Of a stretch of DNA of 64,000 nt, positions 33,401-46,525 are shown in pieces; position 1 is the stretch's first letter; each line of letters begins with the position of its first letter. Made by a program: the position numbers and the translations under genes. The notes under the pieces were generated by a model. It had not been told where the DNA came from and made no database searches. It saw only the letters and a list, made by a program, of their open reading frames with translations. Origin of the DNA: Haplodiscus bocki (lineage: Eukaryota); the NCBI GenBank assembly GCA_965655095.1, contig OZ296653.1, positions 27,590,001 through 27,654,000 on the forward strand, written 5' to 3'.

Positions 33401-33830
33401 TTTCCAAGAATTTTATTGAAGCCAATGTACAGAAAAATCAGATTTAACGATTAAAAAAAGAAAATGTAAAGAAAAATTTCGACAATATTGAAGTTGCTCA
33501 TTTTTGTAAAATAAGGTGAGATTGGAAAAGATGAAAGACAATAAAAATTCTTTGACTTCCTCTTTTAAAGGTTGGGTCCAATGCATTTTGGTTAGTCTTC
33601 ATTTCTTCCTTCAACAGATAAAGTTGCATCAAATGGAACTGAAAGATCGTTTTCGAACCGCTTCTTCGGATCAACTCCGATCTGTCGACATTGCCCAAGA
33701 AATGTTGCTAATCTAAACAATTCTCTAGTTTTTCACTGTCTGTTTTTTCATAATGCGTTGAATTTCACATAAAAAACGCACGAACAACAATTAAAATTCT
33801 GTTCTTGTTAGGAAATGGTTTTTTTTAAAT
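33400..33830 (-). pseudogene. A32/FtsK-like packaging ATPase remnant
   Basis: NRILIVV (pre-Walker A), then MKTNQNALDPTFKRGSQRIFIVFHLFQSHLILQK, similar to IDPFFTRGRHxxxDVYYLSQSYFxLPK. Confidence 0.6.
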
Positions 33831-34129
33831 CCAACTTTGTCTTTTGCTCAACAATCTTCACCAGAAGAGTATTGACACAATTCAAATTCAACATAATCCC
33901 TCAAACAGCTCCAGAATCGTTTTCCCAAACAAAAACTTTATTGTCGTCAAAATTGTTTTTGCAATCCTTACTAGTCGACATTGCCTTATTAATTGAACTA
34001 AAAAGGTTTTCCGGAAAACTTTCTCAGAAAAATTCCTTTAAAATTGTATAAAAATAATTTTTCTGTTTAGTTTTCCCATTTAAAAAAGGTAGACAAAAGT
34101 AATAATAAATCATGCTGAAAACAGTTTGT

Positions 34130-35016
34130 ACACTTTTTTTAAATTTACTTCTGAAGAGATACTTTATTTTCATTAACAAAAACGTTGAAGAAAATGCGTA
34201 AGCATTCATGTTCTTCTTTTTGAATTGTTTTATACTGTGGACAATTTCTAAAAACATTTATTAAAAGCTGGACTTGGAAAATTTTTGCTCAGCTATTTTT
34301 TTTGTTTTTTGTTTTTTGAACACGCACGGAAATGATTTTAAACTTTACTTTAATAATCAATTAAGATCAACTGGCAACATCAGTTGAAAAAAATATATAT
34401 TTTCTTTGTCCAAAATCTGTTGTGGTCAACCTAACAAAGATGAAGTTGTTCAAAATTAACAATTGTATCAACTGACTTAAATACTGTGAACCACATTTTT
34501 TTCTGTTTTCAGTATCAAATTTTCTTCTTTTTGGTGAAAAATTTAGTTTAAAAACGACTGAGAACATTTGACACACTATGCGCTAAAGCTCACCATTTCA
34601 TGAAAATCGTCGAAACCTAAAAGCCCTTTTGGCGATTAACAGTCATCATCTGATTTTTTTTTGAATTTTTTTACCATTTCTTGTTTCTAGTCCTATCCCT
34701 TTCAGTTTTCTTACGTAAAAATCGTCTTCTTTCTATTTCGTTTGCTATTATGAAATCCGATAGTTGAAAATTATTCAAAATTTCATCTCAATAACTCAGT
34801 GTATAAACTACAAAATCTCCCGTTATCTTCTGTTACATTAAAAATTGATGTATAAACTTTTATAACAGTTGCACCCAGTATAGGTTTCCTCAATTTTAGC
34901 TTTATTGTTTTATTCTGTGAGACAAAGCCTAATCGTTTTTGTTTAATTAAATCATAGAACTGGTGTTTGCTCAGTAAGTAAATCAGTACTCTTTGTATTT
35001 CAAAGCGAGAAGTCAA
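34130..35016 (-). pseudogene. Minor capsid (penton)-like remnant, homologous to 240-1353
   Basis: ILGATVIKVYTSIFNVTEDNGRF, similar to MIGLTSLEVYNSIFNITEENNKF. Confidence 0.55.
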
Positions 35017-35399
35017 TTGTTGTATCTGAATTCAAAAAAACTTTTTAAAGTTATACATTTGTTTTTTTTCGGAGCACTGTGGATTCATAAAGACACATAA
35101 AGACTGTGTTTTTAGTCTTTTTGTTTTCACAGAAAATGATTGATAACTACCGTCATTATATTTTCGTTTTCTTCTTCTCTGAAAATCTCAAACTTTTGTG
35201 CACCCTTGTTTCTTTTTCTCTTTCTTTTTCATAAAAACATAAATTACAAGGGAAACAGATGTTTTTATTTTTGTTTGATTGGTATCACATAGTTGACCAG
35301 TAACCAGCAAAGTAACAATTTTTCGCTTTGGTTTTGTAATCAGGTGAAGGTTGTGATCGTTGTTCAAAACATTCAGGTAAAGTTTAAAGAGGTGTGCGT

Positions 35400-36520
35400 C
35401 CATGAGAATTTAAGTAGTTTTCCTTGATGTGTCTTTAGACTTTAGAATGTTGCGCAACTTTAGAATGATGAATTTTGACAATTCATTTTTTACCTTCAAG
35501 AGGTTCGTCTCCTAAACGTAAACTGCATTTTCATTTCAATTTATCTTTTCTAGCGTTCTGTTTGCTAGCTGTTTTTATTTGTCTGTTATACTTTTTGATA
35601 ATTTTTTAAATAGTGTCATTTTCTAACATTACTCTTGCTGTATGAAACAACATGAGCGTTTTAGGGTTGTTTTGACCTTTTCAACAGCTTCCCTTGCTCC
35701 TCTACATCTTTTGTTAATAGTTGAATAGTCTTTAAATACTCAGTTTGCATTTTCTTTTTTGTCGGAAAAATCTATATCATGGAGTAATTCAGTAATTCAT
35801 CTGCAGTTTTTACGAACTTACAATTAATTATTTCAAACTCTACCGATAATTTATTCAAATTTCTTTCGAACCAGTTACTTATTTTCTGTCAGTTTTTTAT
35901 AAATTGGATTATGTCCTTTTTAAAGTCATTAGTTTATTCTTCAGTGATTGAAACTTGATTTAATTTGTTTTTGTACATAATTTTGTATTGATTTAACATT
36001 CGGCAACACTTTGTTTCATTTGATTGAGACTATTATCATGTAGTGTGTCATTTCGAGACACAATATATTGCAGTTAATTACAACTAAGTTCATCATAACT
36101 TAAACAACTTGTTCTTTTCCATCAATTTTGTCTTTTGATTTTGATAACTGTGTCTTCAAACTTTCCATATGAACGCTGCTTTTTCGTTTTATAAATTTTT
36201 TTTTGTTTTTTTCTCATACGGGCCGTACTCAATATGTTTCATATAACTTGCTGTTCTCTTTTCAAGAACTACAATATCAGGAAATCGAACAAAAATATCA
36301 TCGCGCTTTGAAATTGAAGCTTCTCTAATGCAAGGCGTCCTCATTTCTAAGTTTTCTGCCGTTTCAGCTTCTGTAATTAATGATTGAAATTTTGTACCTT
36401 TTGATTTTTGTGTTATATTTTCTAAAACGATCACTTTCTATCACTGGATATGAACTTTTTTGCTACTTGAACTAGTATTCATCATAAGTGTTTTCTGTTA
36501 ATGATTTTATCCAAGTGAAA
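35400..36520 (-). pseudogene. Possible repeat-rich fiber-like gene remnant
   Basis: TPCIREASISKRDDIF resembles the recalled DPxSIREAASKxYVD repeat. Otherwise very decayed. Confidence 0.3.
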
Positions 36521-36559
36521 TTCATCAGTTCCAACTTCAGACTTTGTTGGTCCAATGAT

Positions 36560-36850
36560 TCGAAGTATTACTGTTTCTATATGTAATACCTTCATCCTCA
36601 GTATGTGATTGGAACAGAGAAGGGCATTGACAGTTCTTTCTTTTTGGGGTGCAGTTCTATTATACAAGTTGTCTGTATTTATGAACCTCTCTTTATATTT
36701 TTGTTATTGAGTCGAAAAATTATCTCCGATTCGCCATTTTTCGTGTCAATTTAGGGTCTTTTGCATTTTTCGGGAGACTTTGATACCGTTTTGTAAAACA
36801 ATTTGGTCTAATAACATTTTAGCATCAAATTTTGTTAATTCTTGGATTGA
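36560..36850 (-). pseudogene. Adenain/Ulp1-like cysteine protease remnant
   Basis: FFDS...LYNRTAPQKERTVNALLCSNHILRMKVLHIE, similar to YFDS...LYSExQIQxxDSxCxxYCLYIIYLTKVLGID. Catalytic residues are lost. Confidence 0.45.
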
Positions 36851-37880
36851 CCCAAAATCAGAAATGGAACTCCTTTCAACGTTAAAATTGAAAAAAATAG
36901 AAAACTGAAGATGCGGCTCAATTTTTTCAAAAATTCATTTTAATCATCAGAGTTTTTGAAATTTGATTGTTTTTTTCATAGAATGTGCAGGTTGACTTGT
37001 CCGTTCAAAATAACTAATTTTGAGATTTTTACAGGTGATTTTAAGGGCCATGGTGATTCCAAGAATCACAGTTTGCGTTTAAAGTTTTCTCATTTATTGA
37101 AAATTGACGCATGTAATTCTTTTTCACATCTAGAAATAAAATAAACCTAGACTTCCCTCTTCTTGACTTGATAATTTTTTATATTGACACGCTAAATGTT
37201 AAGTGGTTCTCTTCCAACCAAACAAGAATGACAAAAACTAAGAAAGTGTTATTATTTCAAAAGTTGCGTTTGATATCGGTCTCATACAGACCACAACAGT
37301 GTGAACTGGTTAATGTCTCTTTAAACGTCTCGTGTGGCTGTTTACTGTCTAACTTGCAGAAAGTCAAGCTACATAATCTCAATTTTTCCAGCTTATCCTT
37401 GCGGGAAGGGAAAGACGTTATGACGGCAAAGTTGGTCACAGACCCACAAGTTGTATTCTTCTCAAGGAATGCTTTGTTGAAAACGCTTGAAAAAAACATA
37501 TACTAGTTTGCATGTGACGTCCTTTTTTGATCTGACTGTTTTGTGTTTGTTGAATTTTAGCATATACAAACATAGCTCTAAATGAACAACTTTCGTAAAT
37601 TAGTTATGTGTTTTTGTTTCGGCAAAAGTCAATTTTAATGGCTAAAAGTTGACGTTTGTTAATTGGTGGTCAAATGTTTTCTTAGGGTTGTTTTTAAACT
37701 GCAAACTGTGCAGGTTTAATTTTCCATGACCAAATTTTATACTTCATAATAATATTTTTCGTTGTCATTTTTAGGGTGTAATGTTTTGCTGAAGGTATGT
37801 TTCAGACTAGGTAAAAGGTAACTATAAAATCATCTAAAAAGTTATCTATAAAAGTGTCTATGAAAGTATCTGAAATTTAT
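36850..37880 (-). pseudogene. Probable major capsid protein remnant
   Basis: Supported by size and position upstream of the protease, plus weak fragments (IDTFIDN..DFI, NDNEKYYYEV). Very decayed. Confidence 0.35.
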
Positions 37881-39379
37881 TTACACGGGTATTCAAGGAA
37901 TTACCTTTAAGTGCGTATTTAGAGGTTTGTATGATGTTTTTTAACAAATAGTAACTTTAAGATAACCGTCCAGAAGCCAGTTCGCATCGGCAAATTGACT
38001 TTCCATGATTTTGGTTGAGTTATTTCAAGTGTCGTCACACATCCATTTTGCATAGTGGTAGTTCCGTTCTTGCCATAGTATGCGTTGTGGTTGATGAACA
38101 CTGCAGTTATCAGAGTTGCGTTTTTGTCATCAATTTTGTGCTTTTTGGTTTCTTGGTATCAAAAATTTCTCATGGTTATCGAGGACGTAAAAAGTGTTTG
38201 TTGGTTTCAAGGTTTTCTCGGGCTGTCTTGGTTTTTTAATGATGGGGTTTTTTTGATGAGTTTTGAGTTCAGCTGATTTCCGAGGAAGTTTAGGAGTTGT
38301 GGCTGATTTTGAGAAGGAATTTTTTGAAAAAGATTGATGTTTTTATAAAAGTGAAGTCCTCGTAGTCAATTCTTCCATTCACTTTTGTTTTTTGACGTCT
38401 TCGAGCAGTAATGTAGCACCAACTCTGACCAGTTATGATTTCCTTTTAATTGCATTTTCCGTTAGTCTATTGTATTTTTCTTTGCTTGAACTTCTTGGTA
38501 AGTACATTAGCGCCTATCTTTTCGTTTCAGGAACTTTAGGTAACCAAGTTGAGGTTTTTCTCGAATAATTGTGACCAGTATAAAACACAAGGAGAGACCC
38601 AGCTAGATTTTTGTAAATTTTGAAATCTCCTGAAGTGTTTCACCTTATGTTTGTTTCTGAGAAACGAAATCCCCGAATGTTTTTGTTAAACCATGAAATG
38701 AATCGTGAATGCAATGGGTTTTTAAAACACATTTCAGGTTATTTAAAAAATCGATCGCTTCCTAAAACTTTCAAAATCGTACTATCTAATCAGTCTCAAT
38801 TGTTGCTGTTGCTTTTTTTGCCTATGCACGGTACACGAAGCAGATTCAAACGAAGGAAAGTCCCAAGTTTTTCAAAGGAGTAATTAATAATAGGTACTTT
38901 GAGAACAAATTACATCAAAGCTTTCCAAGTCAAGTCAACATTACAATCGTATAGTGGAGCAGTTTTGATTGAGTTTTGCGAAAGTATTTAAAAATTCAGC
39001 GAGGAAAGTTGAAGGTTGTCACAATCAGTGCTGGTTCCATGGACCACAGATACTCATCCAATGTAGTTACAAATGCATGGGTGTGTTTAATGAAGTTTTT
39101 TGAAAAGTTCAACACCGATTTCTAATACTTCTGGAAACCATCGTTAAAAATCCCATTGTTCAGGAAAAAATGACTCCCTAAGTTGCTGTCTTCTGAAACC
39201 GTTTTTTGCATTTTGTTTCAATATACTCATCTGGTCTTCAAAAACACACACGTCTGTTTTGCAGGGACGGTGTTTATTTGTCGTTCGCTGGAAATCACGC
39301 GTTCAGAGATGTAATGTGATTTTTCTTTTCTTATTTCAAAAATTTAAAAGACAATCTTTCCACTTCAGTTTGAGCGCTC

Positions 39380-42300
39380 AGACCTGTCGCATCAGCTTTA
39401 GTAGACATCTAAGTGGAGGTGGTGTCCGATGCACTAGATATCCTGGCTACCTCCATGCCTAATGCCGCGGTCTAACGTGTGCTAAAGACTTCTACCACGT
39501 CTTTAGTTGCCAGCAATGCTCTGGTGAAAACAAAACTCCGACAATCAGACAGCAGTATCAGACAACTTTCAGACCTCTGCGTCTGGGCATCTTTAACAGA
39601 CGACCAAAAAACGGAACTGTTAGAACTATACAACTAAGCTGCATATTGGAAGCCCGTATCCTTCGTTTCCTGCTAAAACGAAGATGAATACGATGTCTTC
39701 AACATTCTCGAAATTTTTCTGCAACCTATGGCTGAGGGATCGAATTGGAGTAGTCTCAGCATGATACACACAACGGCCAATATCTAAATTTTGGGATTAC
39801 AAAAACTTTTTATGACGGCTCAATTTGAAAGAAATACACAGAGAAAAAACCAAGGGATAAAAAAAGCGTCAAAAAAATGTTAAACAAGCCAAGGTTCTCC
39901 AGTCCATAGAAGAAATGGACTATTAACTGGGACGTCAAGATGAAACAATTCAAAGACATGAAAGAAGCCGCCAAATAGTCCGGTGCCTCCGGCCTTAACG
40001 CAGAACTGCATTATAGATGTTGTCTTTCTGAGCTAAGAGAAGGCAGCACTCTAGAAGACAGTCAAAAAGGAAAACACCCTTTTAAACAAACTGAAATTAC
40101 AACTCAAACCACCGGACTGAACCATTTCCCATCATCCGTCATTTTTTGATCAAATCAATGTCATAATTATATACATTGATGAAGAAAATCTTCAATGAAA
40201 ACGTACAGACGCCATCAGCCATCTGGCTTCAACATGACCGAAAAGAAGAGTTGAAAAACACTGTTGAAAGGCACGTCCAATTATTTTTTGAGAATTTTTG
40301 GTGAAGTTGCTCGCAGAAAAGCTACGAAAACTATCGCTCTAGAGCAACTCAAGGCATATATTGATTGCAAGTTGGTGATTTTAGAGGAAACTCCCGGTTA
40401 TAATCCGACAAGTATGAGTGAAGTTATACGATATCAAAGTAGCCGCACCTTCACAAAATGTTTGACACAAGACGTGCACTTACCGGATCCATTAGGCAAC
40501 TCTGCCAAGGACAAAAAAAGGAATTGAGATAGCTACTCCGTAACTACGCGGAAACACTGAAGAGAGCAATACTGAAGCACTTACATGGAACGTATATAGC
40601 GCCTTCAAATTGTTGAACCGCGAACCGGCGATGAAAGACTGCAAAATTCCGTAACTCGCACTGTATAACGCAATTTACAGCTCCTTGGGAAAACCGTTTG
40701 CTCTGTTTGTCAGATATAGTGAACTGCTACCGATGGTTGACGGATCGAATTGGAGTAGTCTTAGCATAAAAGCGACAACGGACAAAATCTATTTTTTGGG
40801 AACACAAAAACTTTTTATGACGGCTCAATTAGAAAGATCCTACACAGAGAGAAAACCAACGGATTAAATTAGGCGCCGAAAAATGTTAAACAAGCCAGGG
40901 TTCCCCAGTCCAAATAAGAATTGGACTATTAAATGGGACGTCAAGATGAAACAGTTCAAAGCGATGAAGGGAGCCGCCAAAAATTCCAGTGCCTCCGGCT
41001 TCAACGCAGAACTGCCTTCCAATTGTTTTCTTTATGAGCTAAAAGAAGGAAGCACTCTAGAACATATTCAAAAAAGAAAACACCCTAATAGACAACCTCA
41101 AATTAGAACTCAAACCACCGGAGTGAACCGTCTCCCATCATCTGTCGTTTTTTAACAAATTAATGTCATAATTTTTAGCATTGATGCATAAAAAACTGCA
41201 AGGAAGAAGTACAGACGCCATCAGCCATCTGGCTTCAACGCGACCGACACGAGGAGTTGAAGAACACCGTTGAAAGCCTCGTCCAAATTTTTTTTGAGGT
41301 TTTTTGGCGAAGTTGCTCGCAGGATAGCTACGAAATTTGTCGCACTAGAACAACGCAAGGCATATTGTGTTTGCAATTGGTGACTTTAGAGGAAACTCCC
41401 GGTAATAATCCGACAAGTATAAGTGAAGTTAAACGATAAAAAAGTGACCGCACCTTCACAGAATGTTTAACATAAGACTTGCACCTACTCGGATCCATTA
41501 AGCAACTCCGCCAAGGACGAAAAATCGGAATTGAGATAGCTATTCCATCACTACGCGGAAAAATTGAAATGAGCAAAACTGAAGCACTTCCATGCAACGT
41601 ATATAGCGCCCTCAACTTGTTGAACCGCGAACCGGCAGTGAAAGACTGCGAAATTCTGTAACTCGCACTGTCTAACGCATTATACAGCTCCTTCGGAAAA
41701 CGGCTTGCTCTGTTTGTCAGATATAATAAACTGCTGCCTATGGCTGACGGATCGAATTGGAATAGTCTTAGCATAATAGCCACGACGGACAATACCTAGT
41801 TTTTAGGAACACAAACAATTCTTATGACGGCTCAGTTTGGATTACATTCGCAGAGAAAAAACCAACGGATAAAAACAGGCACCGAAAAAATGTAAAACAA
41901 GCCAGGTTTCCCCCGTCCAATGAAAAAATGGACTTTTAACTGAGACGTCGAGATGAAACAGTTCAAAGAGATGAAGGGAGCCGTCAAATAGTCCGGTGCC
42001 TCCGGCTTTAACGCAGAACTGCATTCCAGATGTTTTCTTCCAGAGCTAAAAGAAGGCAGAACTCTAGAAGACATTCAAAGAAGAAAACACCCTATTTAAC
42101 AAACTCAAAGTAGAACTCAAACCACCGGAGCGAACCATCTCCCATCATCTGTCATTTTTCGAACAAATCAATGTCATAATCATTTGCATTGATGAACAAA
42201 AAACTGCAATGAAAACGTACAGACGCCACCAGCTATCTGGCTTCAACGCAACCGAAATGAGTAGTTGAAGTACACCGTTGAAAAGCACGTCCATTTATTC

Positions 42301-44530
42301 TTTTAGTATAATTGGCGAAGTTGCTCGCAAGGTAGCTACGGAAGCTACCGCACTAGAAAAACTCAAGGCGTTTTTTGATTGCCAATTGGTGACTTTAGAG
42401 AAAACTCCAGGTAATAATCGGACAAGTATAAGTGAATTTATACGATAAAAAAATGGCGGCACCTTCAAAAAGTAGTTTAGAGAAGACCTCCACCAACTGG
42501 GATCCATTAGGCAACCCTGCCAAGGACGAAAAAGTGGAATTGAGATAGCTATTGCATCACTATGCGGAAAATTTGAAGAGAGCAATGCTGAAACACTTCC
42601 ATGGAACGTAGATAGCGCCTTCAACTCGTTGAACCGCGAACCGACGATGAAGCATTGCAATTTTCTGTAGCCCGCACTGTATAACGCATTATACAGCTGC
42701 TTTTGAAATCCGTTTGCTCTGTTTGTCAGATATAATAAACTGCTGTCAGGGGAAAACAAAAGACAAAGCGAGCCGCTCGTTATGGCGATGCGTGTTTTTG
42801 CAGTTCCTCCACTGATTGGAGAAGTCAAAAACGAGCGAATCAATTAGCGATGATAGGTCGAGGACATATCAGTGGCGATTTGGATGTTTTGCGCTACGTC
42901 CCCCGCAACGTCAAAGCACACGGAACTCACTTCGAATATTGTGTCAAACCCCCGATGGGCCGCCTCTTTGTCAAAAAAGTTTCCATCTCCAAAACCATTT
43001 TCTATGTGAAGGCAACCAATTTCACAGATAAATCTCTGTTTTTGGGCTCTGTCACCGTAAGCAAAAAGTCCTGTAAAAACACGGAAGAAAGAAAGCAAAC
43101 AAAAACAAAAATGTTCATGAAATTATCTCAACTGGTCGAAGTATGGCTTTTAAACGCATACTCTTCTGCACCACGAAGTATCCAAGGAAAACTGTCTGTC
43201 ATGTAGAGAACAAATACATTCTTGGCGTAAATATATGGCTAAACTGAGTAAGTTTTTGAAAAACGCAGTTCCAGGTGCCCGTAGGCCTGCCTAAAGAATT
43301 GGACGAGGATCGGTATTACCTTTCGTAACAGCCCAAGACGGGTGAGCTGAACATCCAAAAACCAACAAAACATTCCAGAAACTAGTTATGATCCAAAAAC
43401 GTTACAGAACACGTAACTCATTAGGACATCTCGGAAACGAAACGATAGCGAAAAAAAACAGCATTCGAATTTAAGCGGGAAAAAGTTGAAGAGCCTGAAG
43501 TCGAAAAAAACAATCTTTTTGAAACGCTGACTGAGGAAAGACGCCAGATTCTTTGCTTAGACTCAAAACGAGGCACGTGAAAAGGGCTGAATATCCTGAC
43601 GCTAACAAAAACGCCTGAAAAAGTCGTTCTTTTTAACCGGAAGAAGTCAATAACTTGAAACAGATGACACATAAAATATGGAGTTGAGCCCAGAAGACTA
43701 CCTAAAACTTTCCAATGTGGCAACCATTTCACAATTGCCCGTGCACTTCCTTGTCGAAAAAATAGATGTATATACTTTTTTATGCCGCATCGAAGTCAGG
43801 GACACCCTTGCAAAATACATGGTTGGAAAAAATGTGTAACGATGTCAAAATTGGACCTATTGTTCAACCGTTGCAAAACAAAAGCTTCGACAACAAGTCC
43901 GCAGGAGAAGAGGAGGGTCGCTAAGACAAAAAAAGCAAACGGTTTCTCAAGACACCGCTTCACACGAGGCTTCTTCTGTGTAAACGTCTTAACTCCGTAA
44001 CCGAAAGTGTCCAAAACTTTCCTGATCCATAGAAAAAACACGAAGAATCAAAAAATGGAACTAGCTGCCACGCACTCTGGATGTGCAAGAGAGCAGCTTC
44101 GTTGCACTAATCCTCTCATGCACAGGTGACGCTATGCATAGGACAACAAAATTAAAGCAATTTCTTGCGGAAAAGATAAAGTATACTGAGTTTTGTTCTT
44201 TTCTGCAGCTAGAAACTTTGTTTCAGGGGATGTCGCTCAACAAAAAGAGAGACCCACTACAGAATATGACGAGTGATCATTCAGGAGGGGAGGCTGTTGT
44301 TTCAAACGCAAAACTATAACTTTTGAAACTTTTGAATTTATCATGCGATGCAGTAAAATGCTGTCAGCCACTGGGTTCGCATAGACAAAGGGGCAGTTCA
44401 ATGTCTCTGTATAGGAGGGAAAAACCATGCAGCATATAAACAGCAGGAATTCTGATTTCTTCTCCATTACATAGTTGATCGTTTTTCATATTCTCAAGAC
44501 TTCTTTCCTCTCGCAGATTTTACACATTCC
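39380..44530 (+). mobile_element. Degenerate CRE-clade (restriction-like endonuclease) non-LTR retrotransposon
   Basis: DCKLVILEETPGYNPTSMSEVIR is similar to ACRLIPLDKxPGxRPIGIGEVxRR. Also QLRQGRKIGIEIAI, SALNLLNR, and LLSGENKRQSEPLVMAM similar to LLSxEGTTQGDPLAMAM. The 3' ALILSCTG region resembles the CRE zinc-finger region. Confidence 0.7.
39728..42745 (+). repeat. Three tandem ~1005-bp copies of a CRE RT N-terminal segment
   Basis: The junction word atgg(c/t)tga(g/c)ggatcgaattgga recurs at about 39728, 40733 and 41740. The third copy runs into unique RT sequence at about 42745. Confidence 0.92.
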
Positions 44531-46525
44531 GAGATTAGCTTACGTTTCTGCAAGTTCTGTTACATGAGTTGCTTAACATACCATTATGCACAAACTCTTT
44601 GGAAAATTCTACAAAACTGAGTTATCGCTGCCGGAAGTCAAGTCTCAGAATTGATGAAGCTAGAAGTTTTTGGAGAGATTGAAAGCTGTAAAATGGGGAT
44701 TACTGTGTCCTCGTACCTCATTTTAAGATTGAGAAATAGGTTTTTTTGGCATGACACCTGACTCTCACAGGTTCTTTTGCTCAATCCGTTTTTGTTGACG
44801 GAGCTTTTCAGAAAGATTAAAGCGTTAATTTGGTGAGAAAATTGAAAATTTCTAACTCTTCTATTTCCAAAAGTGTCCTGACTTTTGCAGGATCTCTATT
44901 TGGTGACTTCCCATCGCGCCGAACATTCATTGCGTTGACATTTTGCAAACTAAACAAAGCGCCGAAAATTAGCCAGAAATCAACCATTGAAAATACAGCA
45001 TTTTTTCACTCCCCAAAAAACTGAAATCAACGAAACAAAATCAAGAAAAGTTGATTTCCGGCGCGAAAAAAAATCAAAAGATAGAAAAAGTCATGATTAA
45101 TCATTCTGACTGATTTTCACTAATCCTGTAATAAAATTTATTTCTCTTTACTCAAAGTGAAGTTTTATTCTCTTCTCTCCGGAAAAGTTTCGAATTCTTT
45201 GATATTTTTCAATTTATAGAATACTAAAACTTGAGAATAGTTAAATCAAATTACTAATCAACGTAATAATAAAATAAAAATATTTTTTCTGTTTTTTCTC
45301 TCCTCCCCCCTACACCATATTGGATATGCAAAAATAGGCGGCGTAATGTTTTGACCTGCGCAGGTGAAGGAGTTGAAATTCTTGTCACTACTGGTGGGGG
45401 GGGAAGTAACAGAAAAATCCAAATAATAATTTGAAACAATAGGAAAATCGAATGATTATAACCTTCAAAATAAATTATTAATTATCCACCTCTTTTCTGC
45501 AACCCCTCACTTCCACTTCTTTAACCCCCACCTCCGCCCAAACACACACATTCCTCAAACCATCTTCCCTCCAGTTCTTCAATACACCCACTTGAGTGAA
45601 GAAAGAACGAGGGGGGGGGAATGGGTGGAACAAGTGAAAAAGACGGATCACTTTACGCAACATCACTTCAAAAAAAAATTCAACTTTGTGTCCTCGAAAA
45701 CTTTACAAGATCGGCCGTGATGTGAAAAAGAAACGTCAGACCATTCTTCTCTGTAGTTTTTCTACTTTTCCAAGAAATGGGCCCCAAAATGGGACAACTC
45801 TGAGAAATGCAAGCATCAAAGGGCTGTCAATTCGTTTTTTTATAGTTTCGGTTTTTAGTTGTTCATTTGAAATTTCAACGCTTTGAATGCTTCGAAATTT
45901 TTTCGCGCAATAAAAATCTTCAATTTTTTGGTGCACTCAACAACTTTACTAATTTCGGCGCGTTGATTACTTTTGTTTAGTTTCTACGCAATGAATAGTC
46001 ACCCCTAATTGTAGGTGGAAAAACGATAATTTAGAAAACTGATATCAACCGATAACCATTCTACAGCATATTTGCCACCTTTAGCGATTTTGAAGAAGCT
46101 CAAAATTAATCTCGAAAAGAAAGCCAAGTCTTGAACGTTTTGAGAAATCTTACCTTTCTAGTCGCATGCTTCGGCAAGTTTGCTACAATTCGGTGAAGAA
46201 AATTCTCACGTTTAGAAACGTGATCGAACATCGTTTTTAGCGTATAGCCAGTTAGCAGAATTCGGGTAGAAAAACGTTCCATTTCCGTGGAAATAGTTTG
46301 CTTTCATATTGTAAACAATCTGGCTCAAAATAAAAAGATATCCCAACCTTAGAAAAGCGAGCCTTTCCAAAAGGTATTGCTCTAGCAGTAGTAGCAGAGA
46401 CTTCAGGGTTTGAGCACGTGGGCTTCCACACAATATTTTCCACATTGGCATCAGTTTGTCAGTTTGAGTGTATCTTGAAACCTCTGCAGTGACAAAAAAA
46501 TCACCAAGTGCAGATGACATTCTCG

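Larger units (their letters stand above)
28953..38900. mobile_element. Heavily decayed Polinton/Maverick (adintovirus-like) element: pPolB and integrase on plus; ATPase, pX-like, penton, repeat/fiber-like, protease and major capsid on minus
   Basis: See component pseudogenes. The gene set is characteristic of Polintons. Ends are not resolved and no TIR or TSD was confirmed. Confidence 0.75.

Noticed and set aside
39440-39520. Possible ribozyme near the CRE element start (CTAAAGAC/GTCTTTAG hairpin, CTGGC/GCCAG)
   Set aside because: I could not build P1, P3 and J4/2 of an HDV fold; only a hairpin is supported.
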